A stretch of 57,252 nt of DNA from Bacteroidaceae bacterium (GCA_045661085.1 JAZRFA010000099.1:1-57252); one strand, 5' to 3'. Numbered from the stretch's first letter, positions 19,101 to 29,018 are shown. Notes: generated from the letters alone by a model not told the origin. Numbers and translations: made by a program.

Positions 19101-22100
19101 AAATCTGTTCTTGCAGCAAAGAATTATATCAAGAACGGTAAGAACGTTACATATAACTTCACAAACAATTCTCGCGGTACAACTGGTAGCCTCCGCATCG
19201 ATGGTGTACTCAACATCGACGCTACAAGTTCTGTGGTAACTACTTCACAGCAGAACAACGTACAGGGTGCTGTTGACGAGCACGGCGGTATCAACGGTAC
19301 TGTAAATGTTGCTGGTAACTTGACTATCGGTTCTAATGCCAAGACACAGCTCGAGGTACTCGGTGGTACAGTAAACGTTAACGAGGGTGCTACTCTTGCT
19401 CTTGGCAACAATACAATGACACTGGATGCAGCTTCTGCAATGCAGAGTGCCGGTAACATCAGCGGTGCCATCACAGCTGCCGACGGTGCTAACGTTGCCA
19501 TTACCGGTGGTACATATACACAGGATGTAAGCAACTGGTGTGCTGATGGCTTCATGACACAGCAGAACGCAGACGGCTCATTCGGTATCGCAAAGGCTGT
19601 TGCCAAGGTTGGTGACAAGAAGTATGCGACACTTGAGGAGGCATTCAAGGCTGCTACAAGCGGTTGTACAATCGAAATTGTATCAGACGTGACTGTTGAC
19701 TATAACTGGGATGCACGTAACACTGGTGGTAAGTTCACAGTTCCTGTGACAATTAACGGTAACGACAAGACAATCAAGTTTACTGCTTCTGTAAATGACA
19801 ACAACTATCAGGCTCCTTTCCGTTTCGAGGCTGATGCAACTGTTAAGAACCTTATCGTTGATATGAGCGAGGTAACAGATAGTCGTTTCCGCGCAATATC
19901 TTCAAAGGGTAACTTGACTGTTGACGGCTGTAAGTTCATCGGTAAGGATGAGACTCTCAACTGTAGAGCAATCATCTTTGGTGAGGGTGCAGGTGCAAAT
20001 GTTGGTAACCTCGCTATCGCTATCACAAACAGTGAGTTCATCAACTGGAAGCGTGGTATCACTGACAACGAGAACGCTCAGGATGTGAAGACTGTAACTA
20101 TCACAGGCAACAAATTGACCGATGCTGGTGTTGGTGTAAGTGCTAAGGAGAAGGTTACATTCACAGGCAACACTGTTGAAGGTGCTTATGTAGACATCAA
20201 GTCTTACACTACAGGCAACAAGCTCGCTGTAACTGCTACAGGCAACACACTCGCAGCAAATACCGATGCTGCTTATAACGTCATCGATGCAGGTGGTGTT
20301 GTTAATGCCGAAGGCTTTAAGGTTGTTGCCAAGGGTGACAACTTCAACGGTTACACAGGTGCTGACGGTATCTGGGGTGAGACTTGGGGTAACGCTAAGG
20401 AGAGCTTCGTTATTAAGGTGCTCGATGCCAATGGCGACGTAATGGGTACAACAAGTCTGAACAACATTGGCGGTATCATCAACGGTAATGTAAACGTTTC
20501 TTGGAACCTCAAGTTCAACGCTGCTGCAAACACCGACGAGTACTGGACAATGGAGTGGACAACAGCTCCCTCTATCAGCAACATGCCTGCCAAGGTTGAA
20601 CTTTGGGTTGACGGCACACGTGTTAGCGGTGGTGATGTTGTTCTCAACGGTCCCGATGACTTGAACAAGATCGTTGCTGCTGTAACCGACGCTGATGGTA
20701 AGATTATCTCTTGCCACACTTCTGTTGCCAACGCAGCCGCTACCAATGCTACAAACATCGCTCTGTTGCGCAATACAACTGAGGAGATTATTCTGCCTGC
20801 AGGTGTGAAGCTCAACGCTAACGGTTTCACTGCAGCTAACGTAAAAACTGCTGTTGCTGTTATCGGTACACAGAAGTTCGCTTCCCTCCAGGCTGCTGTC
20901 AATGCAGTTAAGGATGGTGGGACCATCACATTGGTTGACAATGTAACAGGTAATGTAACTCTTACCGAGAAGGTAGGTCTCCACTACACACTCGATGGTG
21001 CTGGCAAGCAGTTCAAGGGTTCAATCTCAGTTAACTCTTTGAGCGATACTAACGACAACCGCCGTATCACAATCAAGGATATCAAGTTTGTTGATACTGC
21101 TGATGCTAAAGTTGACTTCATCTCTTCAGTTAATACAAACCACTATCCACGTCTCACAATCGAGGGCTGTACTTTCACCGGTTCAGGTAACGATGGCGAC
21201 GTTGCTGTTCGCTTGAAGTCAAGCCACAGCGTGGTTATCAAGGATTGTACAGGTACAGGCCTGCACTCATTCTTGCAGAACACAAGCGGCTGGAACCTCA
21301 CAATTGAGAACGTTAAGGTAACAGACTCTAAGGGTGCATTCGCTCTTGGTACTGTACAGGGTGTAACTGTTAAGGGTTCTACTATCGATGTTGCTACCTA
21401 CGGTATCCGCATCGATGCTGACACTTACAACAACAACGCCGTTATCGAAAGCAACGAGGTAACTGCATTCATCCCCGTTGTAGTTCGCAAGGTTAATGCA
21501 GAAAGCAACGTAACATTCACAGGTGAGAATATATTCACTGCTGAGAACACAGACGAAAAGTGGATGGTTATCGGTACTACAGAGTACGAGGCTGGTGTGG
21601 CACTCCCTGCTGAGGTTGCTACAGGTAATGTTGTAGTAGCACTCAACAACACGAACCTCACTTACGACGGCATCCACGGTGCAGGTCTTGCAGGTAAGGG
21701 TACAGCCGAGGCTCCATACCTTATTAATAATGTTGCCGAGCTCGAAATCTTCCGCAACAGCGTTAACGCAGGTTCTACTAAGTACAACAAAGATGGTCTT
21801 TGTGTAGCTTTGAACGCTGACATCGACATGGCTGGTAATGACTGGAGCGTGAACATCGGTGATGACTGCGCTAACACATTCGACGGTATTTTCGATGGTA
21901 CGAACCATACCATCAAGAACCTTAAATCAGTAGAGACAGCTCAGAAGGCTGATGGCTACATCTGTACAGGTCTCTTCGGCGCTATCGGTGGTAATGCTGT
22001 AGTAAAGAACTTCACTATTGAGAACGTAACTATTAATACAGGTGACTTCACAGGTAACAACGTTGCCGCTGTGGTAGGTTTCGCTTACAACGCTAAGGGC

Positions 22101-25100
22101 TCTATTGAAAACGTGAAGGTGACCGGTGACATCAACATCAATGCTAAGAATGCAGTTGGTGTAGGTGCAATCCTGGGTTATGACTATTACAGCCCTGAAT
22201 TAGTTGTTAAGAACTGTGAAGTAAAGGGTAACTCTGGTTCTGCTATCGTAGGTTTGTCTTACGTTGGTGGTGCTGTAGGTTATGCTTCTAACAAGATTCA
22301 GTTGCTTAGCAATAGTGTCGAGAACGTGAGCATTACAGCCAACAACGCTGCTGCCGGTGGTGTTGCAGGTATAATGCTTGCAGGAGGTTCTGCGGCTGAT
22401 AACGCTGTTAAGGATGTTGTTCTTGCATCAAATCACGCTAACTGGAAAAACGCTGTCGGTGTGGTTGCAGGTACAATCACTTCAGGTAAGGTGACTATTG
22501 CCAACACCACAATAGAGAATGTCAATACGGATGCTGTTGCCGGTGCTGTACATGCTGACAAGCCTACAACTCCTGTTGCTAAGGTAGAGGCACGCATTGG
22601 TGATGCTTACTATACTACACTTGATGCAGCACTTGCTGCCGATGGTGATGAGGTAGAGCTTCTTGTTCCTGTAACAGTCGCTAAGGATGAGACACGTGTT
22701 CTCGACCTCAAAGGCAAGACAGTAAGCCACTCTAAGGCTTGCGCAGCTTCTTATGAGATGATTAAGAACTTGGGTAACCTCACCATCAAGAACGGTACAC
22801 TCAGCTTCACTGATACAAGCGCTGGTGATCGTTCATTCGGTTGGGGCTCATACACCATCAACAACTATGGTACACTCGTAGTTGAGGAAGGCGCTACAAT
22901 CCAGCACCTCGGAGCTCAGGAATTCGCCACACATATGATAGCTGCTATCCAGCAGGCTAAGGGCTCTACCACAATCAACGGTGGTGTTATTTCAACTCCC
23001 AACTATCGCTCAGTACGCATCAATGGCGGCGCACTCGCTATCAATGGTGGTGAGTTCGACGGTCAGGTATGGTTGCAGCCTAACCAGGGTGACGTGACTA
23101 TCGCTGTAGATGGCGGTACATTCGGTCCTAATGGTCGCGACGGCTCATCAATCTTCATGACCAATGTAGGTGAGAACAACACTGTAACTTCTGCTTCAAT
23201 TACTGGCGGTACCTTCACCACCAAGATTGGTTGCACTGACCCTGCTGCACTTGCAGGCATCATCACCGGCGGTAAGTTCACTGAAGCTGCTATGACTGCT
23301 ACAAATGGTGCTCTTATTGGTGATGGATTCACATTTGATAAGAATGCCGAAAACGGCTACTATGCTGTTGTTGCAGGTCTCGATGGTGACGGAACAGAGG
23401 CTGCTCCTTATATGATTACTTCTGTTAAGGAACTCGAACTCTTCCGCGAGAGCGTAAACAAGGGCGAAACCAAGTACAACGCTCCTGGCGTTTGGGTAGC
23501 TCTTGGTGCTGACATCGACCTTGCAAATGCAGAATGGACAGTTGGTATCGGTGACGGTCACAACTACTCATTCGACGGTAACTTCGATGGTAAGAACCAT
23601 ACTATCAAGAACCTCAAAATCAAGCCTTATGCTGATGCTGACAACTACCTCTGCGGTGGTCTCTTCGGTTACACATACGGTGGTGTGACTATCAAGAACC
23701 TCGTAATTGAGAATGCAGCAGTTAACTTTACTGGTGCTGAAACAGGCAAGGACTACCACTGCGTGGGTATCCTCGTTGGCTTTGCTAACAACAACGGTGG
23801 TAAGTTGAACGTCGACAATGTGACCGTGAAGGGTGACATCAAGGTTTACGCTCCACAGACATTCGGTGTAGGTGCTATCGTTGGTTATAGCTACCGTGCT
23901 ATGGGTTCTATCACTAACACTAAGGTACTTGCAAACGCAGGTTCTTACATCAAGGGTGAGCGCTTTGTAGGTGGTATCACTGGTTACAGCGATGCCAATG
24001 CAATCATAGAGAACTGTACCGTAGAAAACCTCGCTATCTCTGGTGCTAACGGTGTGGCCGGTATCGCAGGTCTCGCATTGGACGGTAACAAGATTACCAA
24101 CTGTACAGTCACAAATGTAACAGTAAGCGGTAACAAGAATGTTGCTTACATCGTTGGCGAACTTGGTTCTGGCGACGGTGGTAACGTATTGGTTAACAAC
24201 TGTAATGCTCCCCAGCCTTGGGTAGGTGGTAGCTATGGAACAGGCGAATCATTCGTTGCTACTATCGGTACTAAGTACTACACCTCTATTGCTAAGGCTA
24301 TTGAGGTTGCTAAGGAAACTGACGTGATCACATTGATCATCGACATTACCGCTACAGAGCCTATCGCTATTCCTACAGGCAAGAAGGTAACTCTTGACCT
24401 CAACGGCAAGACAATCACTGGTACTGACAATACTACAAAGAGCTACGGCTTGATCAACATCAACCCTGGTGCAGAGTTGACAATCAACGACACGGCTGGT
24501 AACGGTGCCATCACTTTGACAGCTACTAACAACCGCGGTTGGGATGCTTACTCTTCTGTAATCTCTAACCAGCGTGGTAAGCTCACTGTTAACGGTGGTA
24601 CCATCGAGCACCTTGGCGGTACAGACATGGCTTATGCTATCGACAACCTCACAAACGGTAAGGGTACATATGCCGAGACCATCATCAACGGTGGTACAAT
24701 GAAGTCTACCTACCGTGCAGTACGTCAGTTCTTGAACGGCACAGAGGCTCAGAACATCCTCACCGTAAACGGCGGTACAATCGAAGGTGCCAACAAGTCC
24801 ATCTGGATGCAGAATGCCAATGCAAATGCTAACCCTGGTGACTTGACCGTTGCTGAGACTGCTGAGATTAAGGGTGATGTATATGTATCAGGTGCTGGTG
24901 CTGCTAACTTCCCCGTTGAAATCTCTGTTGCCAATGCTGCATTGAAGGATGGTGCAACCGTTCTTCCTTCTAATGTACATGAGTCATTTGCTATTGCCAA
25001 CAATAATGGCGTTTGGGGTATCACCTCTTCTGTAGCTTCTGCAAACGGTGTGGGTTATGCTTCATTCCTTGAGGCTATCGACGCTGCTAAGAGTGGCGAG

Positions 25101-28100
25101 ACAGTAACTCTCCTTGCTGACGTGACATTGGATACCAAGACCCTCGCAACTCAGGACGACGGCTATGCTGTCCTTGTAAATGTTAAGGGTAAGGCAATCA
25201 CTCTCGACCTCAATGGTAAGAACGTTACTGTCGACGCTGCAGCTGCCGACTTGGCAAGCGCTAAGAGTAAGATGCTCCTCGGTGTGTTCTCTGCTGACCT
25301 TGGCGGTCACTTGACATTGACTGACAACAGTGACGCGAAGAACGGTGCTGTTACAGTAAACCTTAACGATGCTGCGGTTTACAGCGTGTTCGTAAGCGAA
25401 AGCGCACAGAAAGACAAGAGCAACAGCGGTAAGATTACTGTTGACGGTGGTAACTACACTACTGTTGGTAAGGTTTCTAACGCAATGTTCTTCACCGATG
25501 CTAACGAGGTAATCACTGTCAACGGTGGTAACTTCCATTGCGATCAGGTTTCTAACACAGCTAACTATCCTTGGATGTTCAATACACTTGGCAACAACGA
25601 ACTTCACGTGATTGTCAATGGTGGTACATTCAATATTGACATCAACCACCAGCACCGTCCATTCGAGGTTCTGGTTCCTGAGACTTTGGCTGTGAGGGCT
25701 AACGATAACGGTACTTGGACAGTTGTTGAGGCTGAGGCTTACATCACTGAAAAGCTCGGTTCTACAGTTAACGAGGCCGGCGAATGGGGCCACAACGTAG
25801 GTTACGCTACTCTCGCTGAGGCTATCGCAGCTGTTAACGAGCTTGGCAACAAGGTTTCTATGGCCAAGGATGTTGAGTTGACAGAGACAGTTGTTGTTCC
25901 TGCCGACAAGACAGTTGTTCTCGACCTCAATGGTAAGACAGTTTCTATGAACGATGCTTCAGGCGCTGCTGCTGCATTGCTCAAGAACAATGGAAACTTG
26001 ACTATCATGGATGGTACTGAGGCTAAGGCTGGTAAGCTCAGCTTCAAGACAACAACTCCTAGCGCTGCTAACGCATACGCAAGCAACACTATCAGCAACT
26101 ATGGTGTGATCACCATCGAAAGCGGTAATGTTGAGAACCTCTCTGTAGGTGGTGGCGCATGCTACGCTCTCGACAACTACGCAGGTAGCACAGCTACTAT
26201 CAACGGTGGTAAGCTCACTGCTGAGAAGACAGCTGTACGCATCTTCAACTGGACAAACGGTGAAGAGGCTAAGGCTACTATCAACATGAACGGTGGTGAG
26301 ATCTACAGCAAGAACGGTTATGGTATCAACGTTAACTCTGGTAACGCTCCGTTCGTAGCACTCAACATCGCTGGCGGTACTATCACTACAGACTATGCTG
26401 ACTACAAGCTTGCAGTATATGTTGTGAACAAGAATAGTGCTGAAAACCTCACAATCAATGTGACTGGCGGTACATTCAACGGTATCTTCGCACTCAACGG
26501 CGTAACTGCTCAGACTATGAAGCAGGGTGCTGTGGCTGTAAGCGGTGGTACATTCGAGGGTGTTACTTGCTACGATGATCCTGCATACGGCTTCGTAAGC
26601 GGCGGTACATTCAAGTCTGCTGTTGATGCTAAGGCTGTTGCTACAGGCTTCATCTGCAAGGACAACGGTGACGGCACATTCGGTGTTATCGTCGATCCTA
26701 AGCATGGCATGGTGGCTCAGATTATCAGAAATGACTACTACGCCGAGAACCAGTACTTCGCTACTATCAACGACGCTGTTCAGGCTGCACAGAGCGGTGA
26801 GACTGTAACCTTGATTGCCGATGTTGAGACATCTGCTGCAGGTTATGCTACAATCACTGACAACTATGCGGTAATCGTGGCTGTTAAGGAGAAGAATATT
26901 ACTCTCGACCTCAACGGTAAGAGCGTGACTGTTACTCCTACTGCTGAGGAGTTGGCTAATGCTGAGGGCAAGATGCTGATGTCTGTATTCGGTATGGATA
27001 CAAACGGTAAGCTCACGCTCACAGGTAACGGTTCTGTAAAGGTTAACGCTAACGGCGCTAATGTTTACTCACTTGTTGCTGCTTACGGCGAGGGTTCTGC
27101 TGTAGTAATCGAAAACGGTAACTACGAGGCCGATGCTGTGAATGCAAACGGTTCACTCATATACGCTCAGCAGGCTGAATGCATCGCTGTAATGGGTGGT
27201 ACATTCAACCTTGGTAACTTGGGCACCGGTGCTAACGGTTCACCATGGATTTTCAACACCAAGGGTCAGAACTATACAGGTGTTAAGGTTGTTGGCGGTA
27301 CATATCCTACCGATATCAACCACCAGTTCTGGGCTAACGAGGTACTCGTACCTGAGGCATACGCTCTCGAGGACAATGGCGATGGCACATGGACTGTTGT
27401 TCCTGCTGTTGCTTACACCAATGAGAAGGCTACTTCACGCGGTGCTTCATGGCGTCACGTTGGTTATGCTTCACTTGAGGACGCTATCGCTGCTACAGGT
27501 AAGTATAACTGCCAGGGCAACACAGTAACAATGATTAAGGACATTACTCTTGAGCCTATCACTGTTGCTAACGGTGTTAAGGTTGCTATCGACCTGAACG
27601 GTAAGACAATCAGCGGTACCGACAAGGGCACTGCAAGCTATGGTTTGATTACCAACAAGGGTGACTTGACAATCGACGGTACCGGTGCTATCACATTGGA
27701 AGCTACTCAGGACCGCGGTTGGGGTGCTTACTCTTCAGTAATCTCTAACCAGGTAGGCGGTAAGCTCACTGTGAACGGTGGTACAATCCAGCACCTCGGT
27801 GGTACATCAATGGCTTATGCTATCGATAACCTCACCAACGGTAAGGATACTTATGCCGAGACCATCATCAACGGTGGTGAAATCAAGTCAACATACCGTC
27901 CTATCCGTATGTTCTTGAACGGCGTTGAGGCTCAGAACATCCTCACTGTTAACGCTGGTACTATCGAGGGTACAGGTGGTAACAAGGCTGCTATCTGGAT
28001 GCAGACTGCAGGCGACGTTGCTCACTCTGGTACTTTGTACGTTGGTGCAGATGCTGTAATCAAGAACAATGTATATCTTGATGCTGATAACCTCAAGAAC

Positions 28101-28955
28101 GTTCGCGAATATCCTGTTGAGGCTTTCATTGCTAAGGCTGCTCTTGCTGAGGGTATGACTGTTCTTGCTGACGCAATTCCTGCTGAAACTGCCGCACTCG
28201 TTGAGTACGACACATTCTGGCAGGTTGAGCAGAAGAACCTTGCCGAGCTTACTATCGAGGATGCTTGCGAGGAGTACATCAACAAGATTGAGAAGAATGT
28301 TGAAGTGTTGACTTACGAGCGTTACTTCAATGACACTGAGTGGCAGACTATCGTATTGCCGTTCGATGTTCCTGTTGCAAACTTGATGGATCAGTTCGAG
28401 GTAGCTTACATCTACAACGCTTCTTATAAGGGCAAGCAGGCTACTATCGACTATGTAGTTATTGAGGATTCTGAATTTGTTCTTGCTGCTAACTATCCTT
28501 ACATGATTCGTGCTAAGGAGACAGGCTGGAACAACATCGTTGTTGAGAATGCCAAGTTGATGCCTACTGAGGTTGAGATACTTGACTGTTCTTCTATCTT
28601 CGAGAAGTTCAGCTTCATCGGTAGCTATGCTACAGTTGATACAGATGAACTCGATGCTAAGTACGGTTACTTCAACTTGACTTCAGGTACTTGGAGCAAG
28701 AAGGGTACTGTTAACCCCTTCCGCTTCTACATGCAGATTGAGTTGCGTAACGGTAAGGACTTCGAGTATCCTGCTTCTAATGAGTCAATCCGTATGCGTC
28801 GCGTAGACGAGAACGGCAATGCCGACACTACTGGCATCGACGGTGTTGACGCTGAGAATGCAGGTGACTTCATCTTCGACCTCCATGGACGTCGCGTCCT
28901 CGAGCCTCTGAAGGGTGGTCTCTACATCATCAACGGTAAGAAGGTTATCTTCTAA
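16137..28955 (+). CDS. giant secreted modular beta-helix/GLUG-like repeat protein with T9SS C-terminal sorting domain (4272 aa)
   Basis: Uninterrupted 12819-nt ORF with signal peptide MKLKQFIFALAVMLSGFAISVNAQ. About eleven cap-plus-beta-helix modules are present (AKIGTTTYGTLAEAVKAAAAGDEIVLLKN, AKVGDKKYATLEEAFKAATSGCTIEIVSD and others). Two GLUG-like regions follow, then a pre-CTD domain homologous to gene 1. The C-terminus ...DFIFDLHGRRVLEPLKGGLYIINGKKVIF is a T9SS CTD. Confidence 0.92.
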   Translation: MKLKQFIFALAVMLSGFAISVNAQEAKIGTTTYGTLAEAVKAAAAGDEIVLLKNVTLTGGYADDPTAGLRIEKALTINGNKKTIDCGTFKDGIRVYINSNSKADVEFNNVTIKNDNPYGRCIDMRTGKIALEVKGGAKLIAHGVNSQPLTVGGSAATYRVRVSNATIDAGETGYGIISFVRVTNNIEFSSSVKISGLAALYLKEGANNTTVTMGNGTYTGTNLNSAASGMFGTVVIEGKNNTITVNHEKAVIKAVAGNDANQAVQAAFLLKEGATGNKIQVTNANAQVLTEGAQAQWATVATDATNNVLINKGQTVNFAVEYNGYQFMDANEVFSKFVPQEKEATIKLLSDVALDETWTVAAGQNITLDLNGKTASMAYTKDATANHAMISNKGNLTIVDSSNGGKLSYTYAGANLGTTYAANTITSEPGSVLTVKNGIIENLTYDHATIAYAIDGRTNGGAGDVTVNIEGGVITSKRQAVRIFANSTTKTGTLNISNGDFTGRVIVQNASANANKAVLNITGGTFNANEYKSDVLYLGGSNSATIDINASVSGGTFNGEITQTNVKGFISGGTFSQPVAEAFCAKGYAPIELGNGTYGVQEGQIVALIGSAKYFSLADALAAAKDGETISLQWRDDYTPIAMNGSLYGKSVTITGTATVDWSKGFLFVGRGGVGNAKLTFDNANLTSASNQATYGIHVSGRENETADKYDGTLVIKESTIELDYLINKGAMTLDKSSLTVKNGFDLNGRPASETENGEDANATLALANNSKLVVNNHNGMGIGREGKGELTVDASSTFEHTQDFIVRAKGTMDVKGTLVSNGKKLTNNGEVKFTATKLTAATIEGTGTTRFYNDVNFYGANSITTGINGTPFHLVVNEGANLLISRFTLGYDRNITVNGTIADASTFNPAGQTPSLKFNSTSGVSVGGTGTGNITAKNAYVEFGNSSWKSAQGTYDWNFENCYVSATSFTNAAGPGADAAKWDVTFNKSVLAAKNYIKNGKNVTYNFTNNSRGTTGSLRIDGVLNIDATSSVVTTSQQNNVQGAVDEHGGINGTVNVAGNLTIGSNAKTQLEVLGGTVNVNEGATLALGNNTMTLDAASAMQSAGNISGAITAADGANVAITGGTYTQDVSNWCADGFMTQQNADGSFGIAKAVAKVGDKKYATLEEAFKAATSGCTIEIVSDVTVDYNWDARNTGGKFTVPVTINGNDKTIKFTASVNDNNYQAPFRFEADATVKNLIVDMSEVTDSRFRAISSKGNLTVDGCKFIGKDETLNCRAIIFGEGAGANVGNLAIAITNSEFINWKRGITDNENAQDVKTVTITGNKLTDAGVGVSAKEKVTFTGNTVEGAYVDIKSYTTGNKLAVTATGNTLAANTDAAYNVIDAGGVVNAEGFKVVAKGDNFNGYTGADGIWGETWGNAKESFVIKVLDANGDVMGTTSLNNIGGIINGNVNVSWNLKFNAAANTDEYWTMEWTTAPSISNMPAKVELWVDGTRVSGGDVVLNGPDDLNKIVAAVTDADGKIISCHTSVANAAATNATNIALLRNTTEEIILPAGVKLNANGFTAANVKTAVAVIGTQKFASLQAAVNAVKDGGTITLVDNVTGNVTLTEKVGLHYTLDGAGKQFKGSISVNSLSDTNDNRRITIKDIKFVDTADAKVDFISSVNTNHYPRLTIEGCTFTGSGNDGDVAVRLKSSHSVVIKDCTGTGLHSFLQNTSGWNLTIENVKVTDSKGAFALGTVQGVTVKGSTIDVATYGIRIDADTYNNNAVIESNEVTAFIPVVVRKVNAESNVTFTGENIFTAENTDEKWMVIGTTEYEAGVALPAEVATGNVVVALNNTNLTYDGIHGAGLAGKGTAEAPYLINNVAELEIFRNSVNAGSTKYNKDGLCVALNADIDMAGNDWSVNIGDDCANTFDGIFDGTNHTIKNLKSVETAQKADGYICTGLFGAIGGNAVVKNFTIENVTINTGDFTGNNVAAVVGFAYNAKGSIENVKVTGDININAKNAVGVGAILGYDYYSPELVVKNCEVKGNSGSAIVGLSYVGGAVGYASNKIQLLSNSVENVSITANNAAAGGVAGIMLAGGSAADNAVKDVVLASNHANWKNAVGVVAGTITSGKVTIANTTIENVNTDAVAGAVHADKPTTPVAKVEARIGDAYYTTLDAALAADGDEVELLVPVTVAKDETRVLDLKGKTVSHSKACAASYEMIKNLGNLTIKNGTLSFTDTSAGDRSFGWGSYTINNYGTLVVEEGATIQHLGAQEFATHMIAAIQQAKGSTTINGGVISTPNYRSVRINGGALAINGGEFDGQVWLQPNQGDVTIAVDGGTFGPNGRDGSSIFMTNVGENNTVTSASITGGTFTTKIGCTDPAALAGIITGGKFTEAAMTATNGALIGDGFTFDKNAENGYYAVVAGLDGDGTEAAPYMITSVKELELFRESVNKGETKYNAPGVWVALGADIDLANAEWTVGIGDGHNYSFDGNFDGKNHTIKNLKIKPYADADNYLCGGLFGYTYGGVTIKNLVIENAAVNFTGAETGKDYHCVGILVGFANNNGGKLNVDNVTVKGDIKVYAPQTFGVGAIVGYSYRAMGSITNTKVLANAGSYIKGERFVGGITGYSDANAIIENCTVENLAISGANGVAGIAGLALDGNKITNCTVTNVTVSGNKNVAYIVGELGSGDGGNVLVNNCNAPQPWVGGSYGTGESFVATIGTKYYTSIAKAIEVAKETDVITLIIDITATEPIAIPTGKKVTLDLNGKTITGTDNTTKSYGLININPGAELTINDTAGNGAITLTATNNRGWDAYSSVISNQRGKLTVNGGTIEHLGGTDMAYAIDNLTNGKGTYAETIINGGTMKSTYRAVRQFLNGTEAQNILTVNGGTIEGANKSIWMQNANANANPGDLTVAETAEIKGDVYVSGAGAANFPVEISVANAALKDGATVLPSNVHESFAIANNNGVWGITSSVASANGVGYASFLEAIDAAKSGETVTLLADVTLDTKTLATQDDGYAVLVNVKGKAITLDLNGKNVTVDAAAADLASAKSKMLLGVFSADLGGHLTLTDNSDAKNGAVTVNLNDAAVYSVFVSESAQKDKSNSGKITVDGGNYTTVGKVSNAMFFTDANEVITVNGGNFHCDQVSNTANYPWMFNTLGNNELHVIVNGGTFNIDINHQHRPFEVLVPETLAVRANDNGTWTVVEAEAYITEKLGSTVNEAGEWGHNVGYATLAEAIAAVNELGNKVSMAKDVELTETVVVPADKTVVLDLNGKTVSMNDASGAAAALLKNNGNLTIMDGTEAKAGKLSFKTTTPSAANAYASNTISNYGVITIESGNVENLSVGGGACYALDNYAGSTATINGGKLTAEKTAVRIFNWTNGEEAKATINMNGGEIYSKNGYGINVNSGNAPFVALNIAGGTITTDYADYKLAVYVVNKNSAENLTINVTGGTFNGIFALNGVTAQTMKQGAVAVSGGTFEGVTCYDDPAYGFVSGGTFKSAVDAKAVATGFICKDNGDGTFGVIVDPKHGMVAQIIRNDYYAENQYFATINDAVQAAQSGETVTLIADVETSAAGYATITDNYAVIVAVKEKNITLDLNGKSVTVTPTAEELANAEGKMLMSVFGMDTNGKLTLTGNGSVKVNANGANVYSLVAAYGEGSAVVIENGNYEADAVNANGSLIYAQQAECIAVMGGTFNLGNLGTGANGSPWIFNTKGQNYTGVKVVGGTYPTDINHQFWANEVLVPEAYALEDNGDGTWTVVPAVAYTNEKATSRGASWRHVGYASLEDAIAATGKYNCQGNTVTMIKDITLEPITVANGVKVAIDLNGKTISGTDKGTASYGLITNKGDLTIDGTGAITLEATQDRGWGAYSSVISNQVGGKLTVNGGTIQHLGGTSMAYAIDNLTNGKDTYAETIINGGEIKSTYRPIRMFLNGVEAQNILTVNAGTIEGTGGNKAAIWMQTAGDVAHSGTLYVGADAVIKNNVYLDADNLKNVREYPVEAFIAKAALAEGMTVLADAIPAETAALVEYDTFWQVEQKNLAELTIEDACEEYINKIEKNVEVLTYERYFNDTEWQTIVLPFDVPVANLMDQFEVAYIYNASYKGKQATIDYVVIEDSEFVLAANYPYMIRAKETGWNNIVVENAKLMPTEVEILDCSSIFEKFSFIGSYATVDTDELDAKYGYFNLTSGTWSKKGTVNPFRFYMQIELRNGKDFEYPASNESIRMRRVDENGNADTTGIDGVDAENAGDFIFDLHGRRVLEPLKGGLYIINGKKVIF
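21678..22560 (+). repeat. GLUG-like region 1 inside giant gene 2 (approximate)
   Basis: GKGTAEAPYLINNVAELEIFRNSVNAG...TGLFGAIGG...VGGAVGYASN...AGGVAGIML shows the periodic G-hydrophobic-x-G motifs that I associate with the GLUG motif family. Confidence 0.6.
23374..24250 (+). repeat. GLUG-like region 2, paralogous to 21678-22560 (approximate)
   Basis: GDGTEAAPYMITSVKELELFRESVNKG...GGLFGYTYGG...VGGITGYSD...VAGIAGLAL is colinear with region 1. Confidence 0.6.
24251..25030 (+). repeat. intragenic cassette, paralogous to 27453-28200 (approximate)
   Basis: VTLDLNGKTITGTDNTTKSYGLIN...NNRGWDAYSSVISNQRGKLTVNGGTIEHLGGTDMAYAIDNLTNGKGTYAETIINGG compares with AIDLNGKTISGTDKGTASYGLIT...QDRGWGAYSSVISNQVGGKLTVNGGTIQHLGGTSMAYAIDNLTNGKDTYAETIINGG. 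Confidence 0.8.
25031..25790 (+). repeat. cassette shared with giant gene 1 (13110-13866)
   Basis: See 13110-13866. Here it reads GYASFLEAIDAAKSGETVTLLADVTLDTKTLATQDDGYA...NHQHRPFEV. Confidence 0.85.
26719..27452 (+). repeat. diverged third copy of the 13110/25031 cassette
   Basis: YFATINDAVQAAQSGETVTLIADVETSAAGYATITDNYA...KMLMSVFGMDTNGKLTLTGNG...NHQFWANEV keeps the same order of motifs at lower identity. Confidence 0.65.
27453..28200 (+). repeat. intragenic cassette, paralogous to 24251-25030
   Basis: See 24251-25030. Confidence 0.8.
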
Positions 28956-29018
28956 ACCAGACAACCTAAGACCCTAATTGGCTCAGCGATGATTTATCGC
29001 TGAACCAATCCAACAGAA

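Noticed and set aside
19902-20984. Long antisense ORFs inside the giant genes (e.g. 19902-20984, 25062-25793, 25959-26705, 21267-21908, 12816-13385, all on the minus strand)
   Set aside because: They lie entirely within, and antisense to, much longer ORFs that have clear signal peptides, repeats and T9SS domains. Their translations are low-complexity Cys/Val/Thr-rich strings. The biased repetitive codon usage of the sense genes removes stop codons from the antisense frames.
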